Source: Fidelibacterota bacterium
Lineage (GTDB): Bacteria; Fidelibacterota; Marinisomatia; Marinisomatales; JABMOV01
Assembly: GCA_046861395.1 (NCBI GenBank)
Contig: JBHHUC010000004.1
Coordinates: 1,985 to 65,984 of the forward strand
Direction of reading: 5' to 3'
Length of the DNA stretch: 64,000 bases
The notes under the pieces are model-generated. The model did not search any database. It was not told the origin of the DNA and saw only the letters and a list, made by a program, of their open reading frames with translations. Positions within the stretch are counted from its first letter, which is position 1. The number at the start of each line of letters is the position of its first letter. Shown here piece after piece: positions 27,331-40,230 of this stretch. The position numbers and the translations under genes were made by a program.

Positions 27331-27744
27331 TTAAAACTCCCGCCGCTCAACTATTTTTGTTTTGATCGGTAATTTATGACTGGCATTGACAAACGCTTCC
27401 TCGGCCTGCTCGCGGGTAACACCTTCCACTTCAAATAGAATACGACCCGGTTTCACATTGGCCACCCAATACTCCGGGGCACCTTTCCCCTTACCCATAC
27501 GGGTTTCCGCCGGTTTCGTGGTAATGGGCTTATCAGGGAATATCCGAATCCACATTTTCCCTATTTTACGCACGACACGGGCGATGGTGATACGGGAAGC
27601 CTCAATCTGGCGGGCGGTGATCCAGCCGGGTTCCATGGCTTTCAAACCGTAGCTGCCGAAAGCGACATAATTTCCGCGCATGGCCATCCCACGACGATGT
27701 CCGCGATGATGACGACGATATTTAATTTTTTTCGGTTCTAACAT
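27331..27744 (-). CDS. rplP: 50S ribosomal protein L16
   Basis: [29 protein letters not shown]. Confidence 0.97.
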   Translation of the reverse strand: MLEPKKIKYRRHHRGHRRGMAMRGNYVAFGSYGLKAMEPGWITARQIEASRITIARVVRKIGKMWIRIFPDKPITTKPAETRMGKGKGAPEYWVANVKPGRILFEVEGVTREQAEEAFVNASHKLPIKTKIVERREF

Positions 27745-27746
27745 AT

Positions 27747-28379
27747 TTATTTACTACTGCTTATACCGTTACAAATCCATACTTTAATTCCGATGACTCC
27801 GTAAGTAGTGTGCGCTTCTGTTAGGCAGTAATCAATATCTGCTCTTAAGGTGTGCAATGGAACTTTCCCTTCCATGAATTTCTCACTACGGGCAATTTCA
27901 GCTCCCCCCAAACGTCCCGCCACATTAATACGAATTCCCTCAGCACCCATACGCATGGTAGATTGAATTGTTTTATTAACTACCCTCCGGTAGGATATTT
28001 TCTTCACCAGCTGATGAGCAATATTGGCACCTACGAGAGCAGCGTCAAGCTCGGGGCGTTTCACTTCAGAAATATTAATCTGGATATCTTTGTTGGTGAG
28101 TTGCTTTACTTCCCGTTTCAACCGGGACACTTCTTCGCCACCTTTTCCAATAACAATCCCAGGACGGGCTGTAAAAATGGTAACTGTCACCACCTTGGAG
28201 GTACGGCTGATCTCAATTTTTGAAATACCAGCATTCGGCAGACGGATTTTCAGGTATTTTCTGATCCTCACATCTTCGGCCAACTCCTTGGCGAAGCTAT
28301 CCTTTGGTGAAAACCATTTAGACCGCCAATTCTTATTGACGGACAATCTGAAACCAACTGGATGTGTTTTTTGACCCAA
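27747..28379 (-). CDS. rpsC: 30S ribosomal protein S3
   Basis: [28 protein letters not shown] (KH domain), [12 protein letters not shown]. Confidence 0.97.
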   Translation of the reverse strand: MGQKTHPVGFRLSVNKNWRSKWFSPKDSFAKELAEDVRIRKYLKIRLPNAGISKIEISRTSKVVTVTIFTARPGIVIGKGGEEVSRLKREVKQLTNKDIQINISEVKRPELDAALVGANIAHQLVKKISYRRVVNKTIQSTMRMGAEGIRINVAGRLGGAEIARSEKFMEGKVPLHTLRADIDYCLTEAHTTYGVIGIKVWICNGISSSK

Positions 28380-28391
28380 AATTCCTCCGAA

Positions 28392-28736
28392 TTATTTGCT
28401 GTCAGAAACAACAATAGTTAAATGAGCTGACGGGCGACGCAACCGGCTAGCTCGACCCATGGATGCAGCGCGAAACCGTTTCATCACCGGTCCACCATCC
28501 ACATAGGCTTGCACGATATATAATGATTCCGGATCGATCGATTTATCATCCGATATCACCATCAGGTTCGCTACGGCTGATCGTAAGGTCTTTTCAATGA
28601 CCACGGCAGCCTTTTCCGGTGAAAAATGCAGCGTATTTAACGCCGCGCCGACTTGCTTCCCGCGGACTAGTTCAAGCGTCTTACGAACTTTCCGGGGAGA
28701 TTGACGGATATAACGATGTTTTGCTGTCGCTTCCAT
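28392..28736 (-). CDS. rplV: 50S ribosomal protein L22
   Basis: RYIRQSPRKVRKTLELVRGK, VDGGPVMKRFRAASMGRASRLRRPSAHL. Confidence 0.96.
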   Translation of the reverse strand: MEATAKHRYIRQSPRKVRKTLELVRGKQVGAALNTLHFSPEKAAVVIEKTLRSAVANLMVISDDKSIDPESLYIVQAYVDGGPVMKRFRAASMGRASRLRRPSAHLTIVVSDSK

Positions 28737-28738
28737 GT

Positions 28739-29008
28739 TTAATTCTTTCTATCTCCCGAATGCATTCTAAAGGTTCGTGTGGGTGCAAATTCACCTAACT
28801 TATGTCCCACCATATTTTCATAGATATAAACCGGGATAAATTTATTCCCGTTATGCACAGCCAGGGTATGACCTACAAATTCCGGTGTAATCATTGAACG
28901 GCGGGACCAGGTTTTTATTACCTTCTTTTTCCCCGCTTCATTCATAGCCTCAATTTTCTTCAGGAGTTTTTCATCGACGAAAGGACCCTTTTTCAAGGAA
29001 CGTGGCAT
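28739..29008 (-). CDS. rpsS: 30S ribosomal protein S19
   Basis: [46 protein letters not shown]. Confidence 0.97.
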   Translation of the reverse strand: MPRSLKKGPFVDEKLLKKIEAMNEAGKKKVIKTWSRRSMITPEFVGHTLAVHNGNKFIPVYIYENMVGHKLGEFAPTRTFRMHSGDRKN

Positions 29009-29009
29009 A

Positions 29010-29834
29010 TTACTTTCTCCTCCTGATAATCATATCATTGGATTTCTTATTTTTCTTTCTGGTATTATAGCCCTTGGTCGGTTTTCCCCACGGTGTTTTT
29101 GGGTGACCACCACCGGATGTTTTACCTTCACCACCACCCATGGGATGATCAACCGGGTTCATCGCCACGCCACGCACGGTCGGTCGACGACCTAACCAGC
29201 GGCTTCGCCCTGCTTTTCCGGAAATAATCTGTTCATGAGTCCGATTCCCAACCTGACCTAGCGTAGCGTAACAGGTTTCACGAACCATTCGAACTTCCCC
29301 GGAGGGTAACTTCAGTGTCGTAAATCCTTCATCATGAGCCATTACTTGAGCCACTACACCGGCACTGCGTACCAACTGTCCACCCTTACCCGGAACCAGC
29401 TCAACATTATGAACAAACATACCAGTAGGGATCTTTTTCAGCGGCAAAGCATTCCCGGTCTTTAAAGGCACATCTTCACCGGACACAATACTCATTCCCA
29501 CCTTCAAATCAACAGGTGCCAGAATATATCGTTTTTCACCGTCGGCATAATGAATCAGCGCAATGTTTGCCGACCGATTCGGGTCATATTCAATTGTGAC
29601 CACTTTACCGGGGATGTCATATTTATTCCGTTTAAAATCAATGATACGGTAACGACGACGATGACCGCCACCACGATGACGGCAGGTAATGCGACCGCTG
29701 TTATTTCTGCCACCGGTTTTACGCAGGGCAACGGTTAAGGATTTTTCCGGCTTATCCGTCGTGATTTCACTAAAATCGGAACGAGTCGCAAACCTATTGC
29801 CGGGAGTGGTCGGTTTTATTGTCCTGATTCCCAT
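29010..29834 (-). CDS. rplB: 50S ribosomal protein L2
   Basis: [33 protein letters not shown]. Confidence 0.98.
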   Translation of the reverse strand: MGIRTIKPTTPGNRFATRSDFSEITTDKPEKSLTVALRKTGGRNNSGRITCRHRGGGHRRRYRIIDFKRNKYDIPGKVVTIEYDPNRSANIALIHYADGEKRYILAPVDLKVGMSIVSGEDVPLKTGNALPLKKIPTGMFVHNVELVPGKGGQLVRSAGVVAQVMAHDEGFTTLKLPSGEVRMVRETCYATLGQVGNRTHEQIISGKAGRSRWLGRRPTVRGVAMNPVDHPMGGGEGKTSGGGHPKTPWGKPTKGYNTRKKNKKSNDMIIRRRK

Positions 29835-30151
29835 TAACCTTCACCCTTCAATAAATCGATTGAATATCCATCCTGCAACGTAACTACAGCCCGTTTCCAA
29901 TTTGAGCGCCGTCCCGTAGTCCGTATTGTCCTCCCACCGGAACGCACGGTCATCTGCTTGGCCTTTCCTTTGCGATTCATGGTTGCAACCTTGACTACTT
30001 TCACATCAAACAATTCCTCAACCGCACGTTTGATGGAAATTTTATTCGCGCCCGGGTCAACCTCGAAAGCGTATTTACGTTCTGTCTCTTCAAGGATGCT
30101 CATTTTCTCCGTAAATATCGGTCTGATAATGATATCTTTAAAATCCGGCAT
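29834..30151 (-). CDS. rplW: 50S ribosomal protein L23
   Basis: [13 protein letters not shown] motif. The tracked ORF starts at 30166 inside rplD; ATG 30151 (MPDFKDII) is 1 nt after the rplD stop and is preferred. Confidence 0.93.
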   Translation of the reverse strand: MPDFKDIIIRPIFTEKMSILEETERKYAFEVDPGANKISIKRAVEELFDVKVVKVATMNRKGKAKQMTVRSGGRTIRTTGRRSNWKRAVVTLQDGYSIDLLKGEG

Positions 30152-30152
30152 T

Positions 30153-30785
30153 TTAATTCTTTTCACTTAATGTTTCATTGAGCAAGGCTAATCCCGCCTT
30201 ATCAAATAGCAGTACGTCGCTATCCACCAGATCATAGGTACTGGCATGCGTACTGGGAATAACCGTTACATTCTTGATATTTCTGAAACTGAGTAATACA
30301 TTTTCTTCAACGACAGCCGGAAGAAAAACGACTTTTTTACCGGCAATACCCAGGGTCATCAACAGCTCCTGTGCCACTTTTGTTCTGGGGCCATCCAGCT
30401 CAATCTTATCAATGACAATAATGGCATTCTCCGCCGCCTTACCGGATAATACGCTGCGACGAGCCAAACGATTCATCTTTTTGGGCATATGCTTGCCGTA
30501 TGGATGAGGCTGAGGACCGAAAACCGTTCCACCACCACGCCAAATGGGTGATCGTGTGGAACCGGCTCGAGCGGCACCACGACCTTTTTGTTTCCAGGGC
30601 TTCTTTCCTCCCCCGCTGACCTTGCCGCGCGTTTTGGAAGAATGGGTCCCTTGCCGCATATTGGTTAATTCCATTTCCACGGCTTGATGAATCACAGCCA
30701 TATTGGGTTCAATCCCGAAAACGGATTTATCCACCTTGATTTTTTTGCTCTCACTGCCATCGCTGTTTTTAACTAAGATGTCCAT
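30153..30785 (-). CDS. rplD: 50S ribosomal protein L4
   Basis: SGGGKKPWKQKGRGAARAGSTRSPIWRGGGTVFGP. Confidence 0.97.
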   Translation of the reverse strand: MDILVKNSDGSESKKIKVDKSVFGIEPNMAVIHQAVEMELTNMRQGTHSSKTRGKVSGGGKKPWKQKGRGAARAGSTRSPIWRGGGTVFGPQPHPYGKHMPKKMNRLARRSVLSGKAAENAIIVIDKIELDGPRTKVAQELLMTLGIAGKKVVFLPAVVEENVLLSFRNIKNVTVIPSTHASTYDLVDSDVLLFDKAGLALLNETLSEKN

Positions 30786-30787
30786 AA

Positions 30788-31405
30788 TTATTTCGTAATG
30801 GTTAAATATCCGTTATTCGCGCCCGGGACTGCACCCTTGAGGTAAAGCTGGTTTTTCTCCGGGTCAACACCAACTACCTCCAAATTTCGCACGGTTACAT
30901 TGTCAACGCCATAATGACCAGCCATTTTCATACCCTTGAACACCCGGGACGGATCGGATGCCTGTCCGATGGAACCAGGGTGGCGCAGGTATTCGCTCTG
31001 ACCGTGTGTTTCATTCTGGCGTTGAAAATTGTGCCGTTTTATTACACCGGCGAAACCGCGACCTTTTGACGTTCCGCGGACATTGACTTTATCGCCCACC
31101 CTGAACAATGTCACAGTAAATTTCTGTCCAGTCTGATAATCAAAACCCGGCACAGGTTTGAATTCAGCGATAATTTTCTTCGGCGATGTGCCCGCTTTCT
31201 CAAAATGCCCAGCCAAAGGTTTACTAGTGTGCTTCATCTTCCGCTCACCAAACCCCACCTGGACAGCATTATAGCCGTCGTGATCTTCGGTTTTCACCTG
31301 GGTCACAACGCAGGGACCGGCTTCAATCACCGTTGCCGGCAGAACTTTCCCCTGATCGTTATAGATCTGGGTCATTCCAATCTTTTTTCCTATCAATCCA
31401 CGCAT
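30788..31405 (-). CDS. rplC: 50S ribosomal protein L3
   Basis: [32 protein letters not shown]. Confidence 0.97.
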   Translation of the reverse strand: MRGLIGKKIGMTQIYNDQGKVLPATVIEAGPCVVTQVKTEDHDGYNAVQVGFGERKMKHTSKPLAGHFEKAGTSPKKIIAEFKPVPGFDYQTGQKFTVTLFRVGDKVNVRGTSKGRGFAGVIKRHNFQRQNETHGQSEYLRHPGSIGQASDPSRVFKGMKMAGHYGVDNVTVRNLEVVGVDPEKNQLYLKGAVPGANNGYLTITK

Positions 31406-31409
31406 TTGA

Positions 31410-31718
31410 TCAAACCTTTATCTCAATATCCACACCGGCTGGAAGATCCAGCTTCATAAGAGATTCAACCGTTTTGGGGGTTGAATTGAGGATATCCACG
31501 ACCCGTTTGTGTATTTTCGTTTGGAACTGTTCCCGGGATTTCTTATCAACATGAGGAGAACGCAATACCGTATAAATGGTACGTTTCGTCGGCATGGGAA
31601 TCGGGCCTGAAATAACGGCACCCGTCGATTTAGCCGTTTTCACGATCTTCTCGGTTGACTTATCCAGCAGAGAATGATCGTAGGCTTTTAAACTGATTCT
31701 AATGGATTGCTTCGGCAC
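31410..31718 (-). CDS. rpsJ: 30S ribosomal protein S10 (GTG start)
   Basis: [42 protein letters not shown]. The start codon GTG (31716-31718) lies inside the tuf repeat unit. Confidence 0.97.
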   Translation of the reverse strand: MPKQSIRISLKAYDHSLLDKSTEKIVKTAKSTGAVISGPIPMPTKRTIYTVLRSPHVDKKSREQFQTKIHKRVVDILNSTPKTVESLMKLDLPAGVDIEIKV

Positions 31719-32928
31719 GTTTCAGTCCTTACTTAATTATCTCCGTTACAACACCGGCTCCCACCGTATGCCCTCCTTCACGAATCGCAAAGCGCAATTC
31801 CTTATCCATCGCAATCGGGGTTATCAACTCTACCGTTAATTCCACCTGATCACCTGGCATCACCATCTCCGTTCCCTCCGGCAAATGGGCCACTCCCGTG
31901 ACATCCGTCGTACGGAAGTAAAACTGCGGCCGATATCCATCAAAAAACGGTGTGTGACGTCCGCCCTCTTCCTTCTTCAACACATACACATTGGCCTTGA
32001 AATTCGTATGCGGTGTAATACTCCCCGGTTTGGCCAATACCATCCCGCGGGATAATTCGTCCTTGTCCACACCACGCAGCAATAATCCGGCATTATCTCC
32101 GGCACGACCTTCATCCAATATCTTACGGAACATCTCAACACCGGTACATACCGTCTTGCGATGAACCCCCATACCAAGAATCTCTAACTCATCACCAACC
32201 TTCACGATTCCGCGCTCAATACGTCCCGTACCCACCGTACCACGACCGGTAATGCTGAATACATCTTCCACCGGCATTAAAAACGGCTTATCAATATCAC
32301 GCTTCGGTTCCGGAATAAAGCTGTCACAGGCATCCAGTAATTCCACGATCGATTTCGTCGCCTCTGCATCACTAGGATTATTCAGTGCCGTTAATGCACT
32401 CCCCATGATAATCGGGGTATCATCCCCCGGAAATTCATATTCATTCAATAAATCACGTAATTCCATCTCCACCAGCTCCAACAGCTCCGGATCATCCACC
32501 TGGTCTGTCTTATTCATATAAACCACAATGCTGGGAACATTCACCTGGCGAGCCAACAATACATGCTCACGGGTCTGCGGCATGGGACCATCGGCGGCAC
32601 TTACTACCAGAATCGCGCCATCCATCTGAGCGGCTCCCGTGATCATGTTCTTGATATAATCCGCATGGCCCGGACAATCCACATGGGCATAATGACGATT
32701 CTCCGTCTCATACTCCACATGAGCCGTCTGGATCGTAATACCACGCTCACGCTCTTCCGGAGCGTTATCAATCGAATCAAATGACCGTACCTCTGACATC
32801 CCGCGGGCACCCTGTACCAGAGTGATTGCCGCCGTTAATGTCGTCTTACCATGATCTACATGACCTATCGTTCCGATGTTTATATGAGGCTTCGTCCTCT
32901 CAAATTTTGCCTTTGACATGGGTCCTCC
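31716..32928 (-). repeat. 1213-bp direct repeat, copy A (tuf plus both flanking spacers)
   Basis: Read base-by-base against 47153-48365 (offset 15437) with no mismatch seen. It runs from the GTG start of rpsJ to the base before the fusA stop codon. Confidence 0.9.
31729..32919 (-). CDS. tuf: elongation factor Tu (copy in the str operon, after fusA)
   Basis: 396 aa with [22 protein letters not shown] motifs. Protein identical to the copy at 47166-48356. Confidence 0.98.
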   Translation of the reverse strand: MSKAKFERTKPHINIGTIGHVDHGKTTLTAAITLVQGARGMSEVRSFDSIDNAPEERERGITIQTAHVEYETENRHYAHVDCPGHADYIKNMITGAAQMDGAILVVSAADGPMPQTREHVLLARQVNVPSIVVYMNKTDQVDDPELLELVEMELRDLLNEYEFPGDDTPIIMGSALTALNNPSDAEATKSIVELLDACDSFIPEPKRDIDKPFLMPVEDVFSITGRGTVGTGRIERGIVKVGDELEILGMGVHRKTVCTGVEMFRKILDEGRAGDNAGLLLRGVDKDELSRGMVLAKPGSITPHTNFKANVYVLKKEEGGRHTPFFDGYRPQFYFRTTDVTGVAHLPEGTEMVMPGDQVELTVELITPIAMDKELRFAIREGGHTVGAGVVTEIIK

Positions 32929-35019
32929 TTAAGACGCCTTTCCGTGAACACGTTCCATGATTTCAGTCTGGACACTGGCAGGGACTTTCTGATAATTTGA
33001 AAATTCCATATGAAAAACAGCCCGCCCCTGTGTGATCGAACGCAGATCCGTGGCGTATCCAAACATGCGACTCAGTGGAACCGATGCCGTAATGACCTGA
33101 GCATCTTTCCGTTGAGCCATTCCATCAATTTTTCCGCGACGGGAATTAATATCCCCCATCACATCTCCTAAATATTCTTCCGGTGTAACAATTTCAACAT
33201 TCATAATCGGTTCCATCAATACCGGTCGCGCTTTACGACAGGCTTCCTGAATTGCCATCGATCCTGCGACCTTAAACGCAATTTCAGAACTATCCACTTC
33301 ATGATAAGAACCAAAAACCAACTCAACCCTTACATCCTCGATGGGATAGCCAGCCAGCACACCATTGCTCAGGGCTTCCTTGATCCCCTCATTCACAGGA
33401 TTGATATATTCACGGGGAATGACACCACCCACGATCTTGTTCTCGAAATGATACCCCTTACCCTCTTCATTGGGTTCGACATTGATAACGACGTGACCAT
33501 ACTGTCCGCGACCACCGGATTGCCGCACGAATTTTTTATCAACTTTTTCCACACGGGTCGTAATCGCTTCCGTATATGCCACCTGCGGTGTTCCCACATT
33601 GGCCCGAACTTTAAATTCCCGCAATAAACGGTCGATCAGAATTTCCAAATGCAACTCACCCATTCCGGCAATGATGGTCTGCCCCGTATCCTCATTCGTT
33701 GAAACCCGGAAGGTAGGATCTTCCTCAGACAACTTCACAAGACTCTTAGAGAGATTATCCTGATCAGCTTTACTTACCGGCTCTACTGACACCTCAACTA
33801 CCGGCTCGGGGAAGTCCATGGATTCCAGAACGATGGGATGTTTTTCATCACATAAGGTATGCCCGGTATTCGTGGATTTCAATCCGACAGCGGCAACAAT
33901 TTCACCGGCCGCTACCCTTTGCATATCTTCACGTTTATTCGCATGCATCAGAACCAGCCGACTGATCCGCTCCCGTTTCCCCGTATTGGGGTTAAAAATA
34001 TATGACCCCTTTTCCAATACTCCGGAATAAACCCGGATATAGGTTAAACGTCCAACAAAGGGGTCGGTCGTAATCTTGAAAGCCAGCGCACTAAAGGGCT
34101 CTTTTTCGTCAGGTTCCCGCTTTAATTCAACATCGGAATCATTGGGTTTTACACCAACAATTGCGCCCACATCCAACGGAGAGGGCAAGAAATCAACAAT
34201 TGCATCCAGCAATCTCTGCACACCCTTGTTCTTAAACGCTGAACCACACAGTGTGGGTACAAATGTATTATCAAGACACCCTTTTCTCAACGCGGCCTTT
34301 ATTTCATCAACGGTGATTTCTTCATCACCTAAATATTTTTCCAGGAGTCGTTCATCATAGGTTGCCGTTTCCTCAATCAAATGATGGCGCCATTTTTCCG
34401 CCACCTCTTGCATGTCAGCCGGAATATCGGCATAATCAAAGCGCGCCCCCAGAGTGGATTCATTATAGAGAATTGCTTTCATAGATAGCAGATCGACAAT
34501 CCCCGTAAATAATTCACCCGCACCAATGGGAATCACAAGGGGCAGAGGATTGGCATGGAGCCGGGATTTCATCATATCAACAACATGATAGAAATCAGAA
34601 CCGACACGATCCATTTTATTTACAAAGGCAATCCGGGGAACATCATATTTATCCGCCTGTCGCCACACCGTTTCACTTTGCGGCTCAACGCCGCCCACGG
34701 CACAAAATACGGCCACTGCACCATCCAGCACACGGAGGGAACGTTCCACTTCGACGGTAAAATCGACGTGACCAGGGGTATCGATAATATTAATCCGATG
34801 ATCATCCCAAAGGCAGGTTGTCGCAGCGGATGTAATGGTAATACCCCGCTCTTTTTCCTGCTCCATCCAGTCCATAGTGGCACCGCCTTCATGGACTTCA
34901 CCGATTTTATGGGTCCGGCCGGTATAATACAAAACGCGCTCGGTCAAAGTTGTTTTTCCGGCATCGATATGGGCCATAATACCAATATTGCGGACGCGGT
35001 CTAAAGGAATCAGCTTCAT
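32929..35019 (-). CDS. fusA: elongation factor G
   Basis: 696 aa with [27 protein letters not shown] motifs. Lies between rpsG and tuf. Confidence 0.98.
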   Translation of the reverse strand: MKLIPLDRVRNIGIMAHIDAGKTTLTERVLYYTGRTHKIGEVHEGGATMDWMEQEKERGITITSAATTCLWDDHRINIIDTPGHVDFTVEVERSLRVLDGAVAVFCAVGGVEPQSETVWRQADKYDVPRIAFVNKMDRVGSDFYHVVDMMKSRLHANPLPLVIPIGAGELFTGIVDLLSMKAILYNESTLGARFDYADIPADMQEVAEKWRHHLIEETATYDERLLEKYLGDEEITVDEIKAALRKGCLDNTFVPTLCGSAFKNKGVQRLLDAIVDFLPSPLDVGAIVGVKPNDSDVELKREPDEKEPFSALAFKITTDPFVGRLTYIRVYSGVLEKGSYIFNPNTGKRERISRLVLMHANKREDMQRVAAGEIVAAVGLKSTNTGHTLCDEKHPIVLESMDFPEPVVEVSVEPVSKADQDNLSKSLVKLSEEDPTFRVSTNEDTGQTIIAGMGELHLEILIDRLLREFKVRANVGTPQVAYTEAITTRVEKVDKKFVRQSGGRGQYGHVVINVEPNEEGKGYHFENKIVGGVIPREYINPVNEGIKEALSNGVLAGYPIEDVRVELVFGSYHEVDSSEIAFKVAGSMAIQEACRKARPVLMEPIMNVEIVTPEEYLGDVMGDINSRRGKIDGMAQRKDAQVITASVPLSRMFGYATDLRSITQGRAVFHMEFSNYQKVPASVQTEIMERVHGKAS

Positions 35020-35030
35020 CAGTGACTATA

Positions 35031-35495
35031 TTATCGGAAATGCGCAAACGCTTTGTTTGCTTCCGCCATTCTATGGGTATCATCTTTCTTCTTGATTGCG
35101 CCACCTTCATTATTTGCAGCTGCAATCAACTCCAGTGCAAGCCGATCGGCCATCGGCTTACCCTTCCGGCCCCGGGAAGCATTTATAATCCATAGTGATG
35201 CCAGGTAAAACTGACGATGCTTGGGAACCTCTATCGGCACCTGATATGTGGCACCACCAATACGGCGTGATTTTACTTCCAGTTGCGGGGAAGCATTTTC
35301 AATAGCCGTTTTAAATATCTTCAAACCGTCGGTTTTGGTCTTCTGTTTGATGGAATCCATGGCACCATAGAAAATATTTTCTGCGACACCTTTTTTTCCA
35401 CGCTTCATAAGATAATTGACAAATTTAGCAACGGCTAAATCCTGGAACACCGGATCCGGCAATATCTGTCTTTTTTCTGGACGTCTTCTTCTCAT
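35031..35495 (-). CDS. rpsG: 30S ribosomal protein S7
   Basis: [38 protein letters not shown]. Confidence 0.97.
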   Translation of the reverse strand: MRRRRPEKRQILPDPVFQDLAVAKFVNYLMKRGKKGVAENIFYGAMDSIKQKTKTDGLKIFKTAIENASPQLEVKSRRIGGATYQVPIEVPKHRQFYLASLWIINASRGRKGKPMADRLALELIAAANNEGGAIKKKDDTHRMAEANKAFAHFR

Positions 35496-35504
35496 GTTAA
35501 ACCA

Positions 35505-35879
35505 TTAAGCTTTCGGGCGTTTAGCTCCATAACGTGAACGACTGGTCTTCCGGTCGGAAACACCCGCCGTATCCAAAGTTCCTCTGATAATATGATACCG
35601 AACTCCGGGCAAATCCTTCACACGACCACCCTCGATTAAAACAATGGAGTGTTCCTGAAGATTATGACCTTCCCCCGGAATATAAGCGGCAACTTCCATG
35701 CCGTTTGTCAGGCGTACACGAGCGACTTTCCGTAAGGCTGAATTCGGTTTTTTAGGGGTCGTTGTATATACACGAGTACACACACCCCGCTTCTGCGGGT
35801 TTCCTTTTAAAGCCGGTGTCGATGTCTTCTTGACAACCCGCTTTCTTCCGTTGCGAATGAGTTGATTTATTGTCGGCAT
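35505..35879 (-). CDS. rpsL: 30S ribosomal protein S12
   Basis: [44 protein letters not shown]. Confidence 0.98.
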   Translation of the reverse strand: MPTINQLIRNGRKRVVKKTSTPALKGNPQKRGVCTRVYTTTPKKPNSALRKVARVRLTNGMEVAAYIPGEGHNLQEHSIVLIEGGRVKDLPGVRYHIIRGTLDTAGVSDRKTSRSRYGAKRPKA

Positions 35880-35969
35880 ATTAGATTATTATTTAGCCCA
35901 TAAAGTTATCGATGAATTGAAAATGGACGCAAAACATTTTTGTCTCATAACTGTACGAATTTCTACCGA

Positions 35970-38900
35970 TTAAACGCTTTCCGCTACCGGCTCAAAAGCC
36001 GTTGAATCAGAATCTTTTCCTTCAACAATAATATTTTGCAATTCCGGAAAACCGGTACCAGCCGGTATGATACGACCGATAGCGACGTTTTCTTTCAGAC
36101 CACGTAAAGTGTCTGTTTTCCCGGCAGTTGCAGCATCTGTCAGGACACGGGTTGTCTCCTGGAAGGAGGCAGCTGAGAGGAAACTTTCCGTGTTTAGGGA
36201 AGCCTGAGTAATTCCCATCAGCAATGGTTCGAAGGTGGCCGGTTTCGTTTTCCTGGTCTTTACCGGCTTTTGATCATTTTCTTTTAACGCCTTGTTCAGC
36301 TCCGTCACTTCCGTCTTTTCAATCAGCATTCCTTCTTCCAGATCGGAATCACCAGGATCGGTAATGACCACCAGTTTCGCAATGCGTTCATTTTCCGCAA
36401 AGAAATCGGGGCGATCAACCCGTTCCGTTTCCAGGAATTTGGAATCACCTGGATCAACAATTTCCACCTTCTTCATCATTTGTTTCACAATGACTTCAAT
36501 GTGTTTATCATTGATGGACACACCCTGTAAACGATATACTTCCTGAATTTCATTCACTAGATATTCTCTCACGGCGCTGGGACCCAGAATCCGTAAAATA
36601 TCCACCGGTGATACGGCTCCTTCACAGAGTTGGGTACCGGCGGTGATGAAATCGCCCTCGTGGACAATAACATGTTTACCGTAGGGGATATTGTACTTGC
36701 GAACATCTCCGTCTGAGCTTTCAACCAGGATTTTCCGAACACCACGTTTGGTTTCACCGAATTTCACGATACCGTTAATTTCAGTGACCACGGCCAGATT
36801 AGACGGTGTACGGGATTCAAACAATTCTGCCACTCGTGGCAAACCACCCGTAATATCCCGGGTTTTACCAATATCCTTCTGGATTTTCACAAGGGTTTCA
36901 CCTCGTACAACTTTTTGCTTATCCGATACAACCAACGTAGCGCCTACCGGCAGAATGGTACCTCCGGCCAGCACTTTCCCTTCCTCGTCCGTCAATTCGA
37001 TATGCGGACTTAACTGGCGGTTGCGGGATTCAATAATCACCATCTGTTTCTTGCCGCTTTCGACCGCTTCCACCTGGAAGGTTTCACCTTCAATGAAGTC
37101 TTTCAGATTTACGGTACCGGTCTGCCGCGCCAGGAGACTATCAGTGTAAGGATCCCATTGGAATAAGAGTGTATTCGCCTTGATAGTCTGTCCATCTTCC
37201 ACCAGCACGGTGGCACCATAAGGCACGTTGAATTCAACTTTCACGGCATCTTTATCTTTCGGATCCACAATATTCAATTTTGCATGGCGAGACATACAAC
37301 GACGGATTTTGGTACCCGTCTCATCAATGGTATCGGCATATTCATAATTTTCAGAGAACGAGATCAGACCACCGTATTTTGATTTCACTTCCGACTGTTC
37401 AATGATGCGGGTTGCCGTTCCACCGATATGGAAAGTCCGGAGAGTCAACTGTGTGCCCGGCTCACCAATACTCTGCGCCGCCTGAATACCAACGGCGGTA
37501 CCGATGTTGACATTACGATGCAAGGCCAGATTCCAGCCATAACATTTAGCACATACACCCTGATGCGACTCACAGGTTAACACCGAACGAATTCGGATGA
37601 CCTTGGCATCACTCTCGCCGATGATGGCCGCTTCTTTTTCATTGATGACCGTACCGGCTTTTATTTTCACTTCGCCGTCAATGATGAAATCATCCTGAAT
37701 GGTTCGTCCCAATACCCGGTCTTTCAACGGTTCAATGATCTCCTCACCTTCCTTCAGATCGGAAACCATGATACCATTGATGGTACCGCAGTCTTCGGAT
37801 GTAATGACAACATCCTGAGCCACGTCCACCAGGCGGCGGGTCAGGTATCCGGCATCAGCCGTCTTCAGGGCCGTGTCAGCAAGACCTTTTCGGGCTCCGT
37901 GCGTGGAAATAAAGTATTCCATCACGGTCAAACCTTCTTTGAAATTAGAAGTAATGGGCGATTCGATAATTTCACCCTTACCACCAGTCATGGATTTTTG
38001 CGGTTTTGCCATCAAACCACGCATCCCGGCCAGCTGCTTGATCTGATCCTGACTGCCTCGGGCACCGGAGTCAGCCATCATAAATACCGGGTTAAACCCG
38101 TCTCTGTCCATACCTAGTTCTTCCATCATGGACGCGGCCACTCGGTTGGTAGCATGGGTCCAGACGTCAATCACCTTATTATATCGTTCTCCATCCGTCA
38201 GGATGTGCCGATCAAATTTGGCATGGATATCATCGATGGCCTTTGAGGCTTCATCAATGATTTTTTCTTTCCTTTTAGGGACCAGAATATCGCTAATAGA
38301 GATAGATGAACCGCTTTGGGTAGCGATTCGAAAACCCAGATCTTTCAAATCATCCAGGAACATTACTGTCTTATAATTACCGGCCAGAAGATAGGTCTGG
38401 TTTACAATAGTGCCTAGACGTTTTTTCGTAATAATATCATCAACATAGTCCACCTTATCCGGTAGGATTGAGTTGAATACAACTCGCCCGGCGGTTGTAT
38501 TTTTATACCATTTCCCTTTATGCCTGACATTGAGGATGGCATGAAGGTCCACAACCTTATTTTCCAGTGCCAGCAGGACCTCATCAAAAGATCCAAAAGA
38601 TTTCCCTTCTCCCTTTGCCCCCTTTAAGGGACGGGTCAAATAGTAGGTACCCAAAACCATGTCCTGACTCGGAATGGCAATGGGACGACCATTAGCCGGA
38701 TGTAAAATATTATGGCTGGCCAACATAAGTATCCGTGCCTCCATCTGAGCCTGAATGGACAACGGAACATGAACAGCCATCTGATCACCGTCAAAGTCGG
38801 CATTAAACGCGGCACATACGAGGGGATGAATCCGAATAGCTTTCCCGTCCACTAACACAGGCTGAAAAGCCTGAATACCCAGACGATGCAACGTGGGGGC

Positions 38901-40220
38901 ACGGTTCAGCAGAATGGGATGATCCTTGACTACATATTCCAGCACCTCATATACGATGGGTTCCCGGTTTTCCACCATGAGTTTTGCGCTGCGGGGCGTT
39001 TGCGAATAACCCCGGTTAATCAATTCATTTACCATGTGCGGCTTGAATAATTCGAGCGCCATATTTTTCGGCAGTCCACATTCATGGAGTTTCAGATTCG
39101 GACCCACTACAATCACGGAACGACCGGAGTAATCCACCCGCTTTCCTAATAAATTCTGACGGAAACGCCCCTGTTTTCCACGCAACATATCGGATAGGGA
39201 TTTCAGCGGACGACGGGTTCCAGAACGAATTGCGGTACGACGACGACTGTTATCAAACAAGGCATCGACTGCTTCTTGTAGCATCCGCTTTTCATTCCGC
39301 AAAATGACATCCGGTGCCTTGATTTCCATCAATTGTTTCAACCGGTTGTTCCTGATAATAATACGCCGATAGAGATCGTTCAGATCACTGGCAGCAAACC
39401 GGCCTCCCTCAAGTGGGACGAGTGGTCTTAATTCCGGCGGGATAACCGGAAGAACCGAAACCACCATCCATTCCGGACGATTGATTCGTTTCTTCATTCC
39501 GTCGGGCAAAAATTCCTTGACCACCTTCAGCCGCTTCAAGGCATCACTGCGTTTTTGCTTGGACCGTGAATTGGCAATAATTTCCTGCAGATCTTTCTGC
39601 AAATCATATAAATTTAGACGGGATAGAACTTCCCGCAGTGCTTCACCACCCATGGCAGCATAAAAATAATCCTCGTTGTCCCTATCCTCATCACTGACAG
39701 CGTAGTATCCGAATTCTCTTTCCAATTCAAGGTATTCTTCTTCCGCGATCATTTCCAGCGGTTCTTTGCCGCTTTTTCCCGGCTCAATCACGATGAACGA
39801 TTCATAATAGATTATTCGTTCCAGATCTTTCGTACTCAGACCAACCAGGTAACTCAATTTGGACGGAATGGATTTCAGGTACCAGATATGAACGACCGGC
39901 ACTGCTAACGTAATGTGGCCCATCCGTTCCCGGCGTACTTTCTTCCGAGTCACTTCCACGCCACAACGGTCACAAATAATTCCGCGATACCGGATACCTT
40001 TGTATTTACCGCAATGACATTCGTAATCCCTTACCGGCCCAAAGATTTTTTCACAGAATAATCCGTCTTTTTCGGGTTTATAGGAACGGTAATTAATGGT
40101 TTCCGGTTTGATTACCTCGCCGTAAGAGCGCGCCAGGATGGTTTCCGGAGAAGCCAATCCGATGGTAATTGCGGAATAATTCTTGGTCGTATCGATTTTG
40201 GTTGATTGGATGTACGTCAA
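35970..40220 (-). CDS. rpoC: DNA-directed RNA polymerase subunit beta-prime (TTG start)
   Basis: 1416 aa with a zinc-finger region [23 protein letters not shown] and the catalytic NADFDGDQM motif. TTG at 40218-40220 with GAGGAGAGG upstream; no in-frame ATG for about 95 codons. Confidence 0.98.
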   Translation of the reverse strand: MTYIQSTKIDTTKNYSAITIGLASPETILARSYGEVIKPETINYRSYKPEKDGLFCEKIFGPVRDYECHCGKYKGIRYRGIICDRCGVEVTRKKVRRERMGHITLAVPVVHIWYLKSIPSKLSYLVGLSTKDLERIIYYESFIVIEPGKSGKEPLEMIAEEEYLELEREFGYYAVSDEDRDNEDYFYAAMGGEALREVLSRLNLYDLQKDLQEIIANSRSKQKRSDALKRLKVVKEFLPDGMKKRINRPEWMVVSVLPVIPPELRPLVPLEGGRFAASDLNDLYRRIIIRNNRLKQLMEIKAPDVILRNEKRMLQEAVDALFDNSRRRTAIRSGTRRPLKSLSDMLRGKQGRFRQNLLGKRVDYSGRSVIVVGPNLKLHECGLPKNMALELFKPHMVNELINRGYSQTPRSAKLMVENREPIVYEVLEYVVKDHPILLNRAPTLHRLGIQAFQPVLVDGKAIRIHPLVCAAFNADFDGDQMAVHVPLSIQAQMEARILMLASHNILHPANGRPIAIPSQDMVLGTYYLTRPLKGAKGEGKSFGSFDEVLLALENKVVDLHAILNVRHKGKWYKNTTAGRVVFNSILPDKVDYVDDIITKKRLGTIVNQTYLLAGNYKTVMFLDDLKDLGFRIATQSGSSISISDILVPKRKEKIIDEASKAIDDIHAKFDRHILTDGERYNKVIDVWTHATNRVAASMMEELGMDRDGFNPVFMMADSGARGSQDQIKQLAGMRGLMAKPQKSMTGGKGEIIESPITSNFKEGLTVMEYFISTHGARKGLADTALKTADAGYLTRRLVDVAQDVVITSEDCGTINGIMVSDLKEGEEIIEPLKDRVLGRTIQDDFIIDGEVKIKAGTVINEKEAAIIGESDAKVIRIRSVLTCESHQGVCAKCYGWNLALHRNVNIGTAVGIQAAQSIGEPGTQLTLRTFHIGGTATRIIEQSEVKSKYGGLISFSENYEYADTIDETGTKIRRCMSRHAKLNIVDPKDKDAVKVEFNVPYGATVLVEDGQTIKANTLLFQWDPYTDSLLARQTGTVNLKDFIEGETFQVEAVESGKKQMVIIESRNRQLSPHIELTDEEGKVLAGGTILPVGATLVVSDKQKVVRGETLVKIQKDIGKTRDITGGLPRVAELFESRTPSNLAVVTEINGIVKFGETKRGVRKILVESSDGDVRKYNIPYGKHVIVHEGDFITAGTQLCEGAVSPVDILRILGPSAVREYLVNEIQEVYRLQGVSINDKHIEVIVKQMMKKVEIVDPGDSKFLETERVDRPDFFAENERIAKLVVITDPGDSDLEEGMLIEKTEVTELNKALKENDQKPVKTRKTKPATFEPLLMGITQASLNTESFLSAASFQETTRVLTDAATAGKTDTLRGLKENVAIGRIIPAGTGFPELQNIIVEGKDSDSTAFEPVAESV

Positions 40221-40230
40221 AATCCTCTCC

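Noticed and set aside
35901-35933. Bacteroidetes-style promoter guess upstream of rpsL (TTTG-N21-TAACTTTA on the minus strand).
   Set aside because: Imperfect match to TAnnTTTG, and the taxon is unknown, so it was not reported as a feature. The same applies to promoter guesses upstream of the tRNA cluster (48761-48923) and the 656-aa cytochrome (4996-5140).
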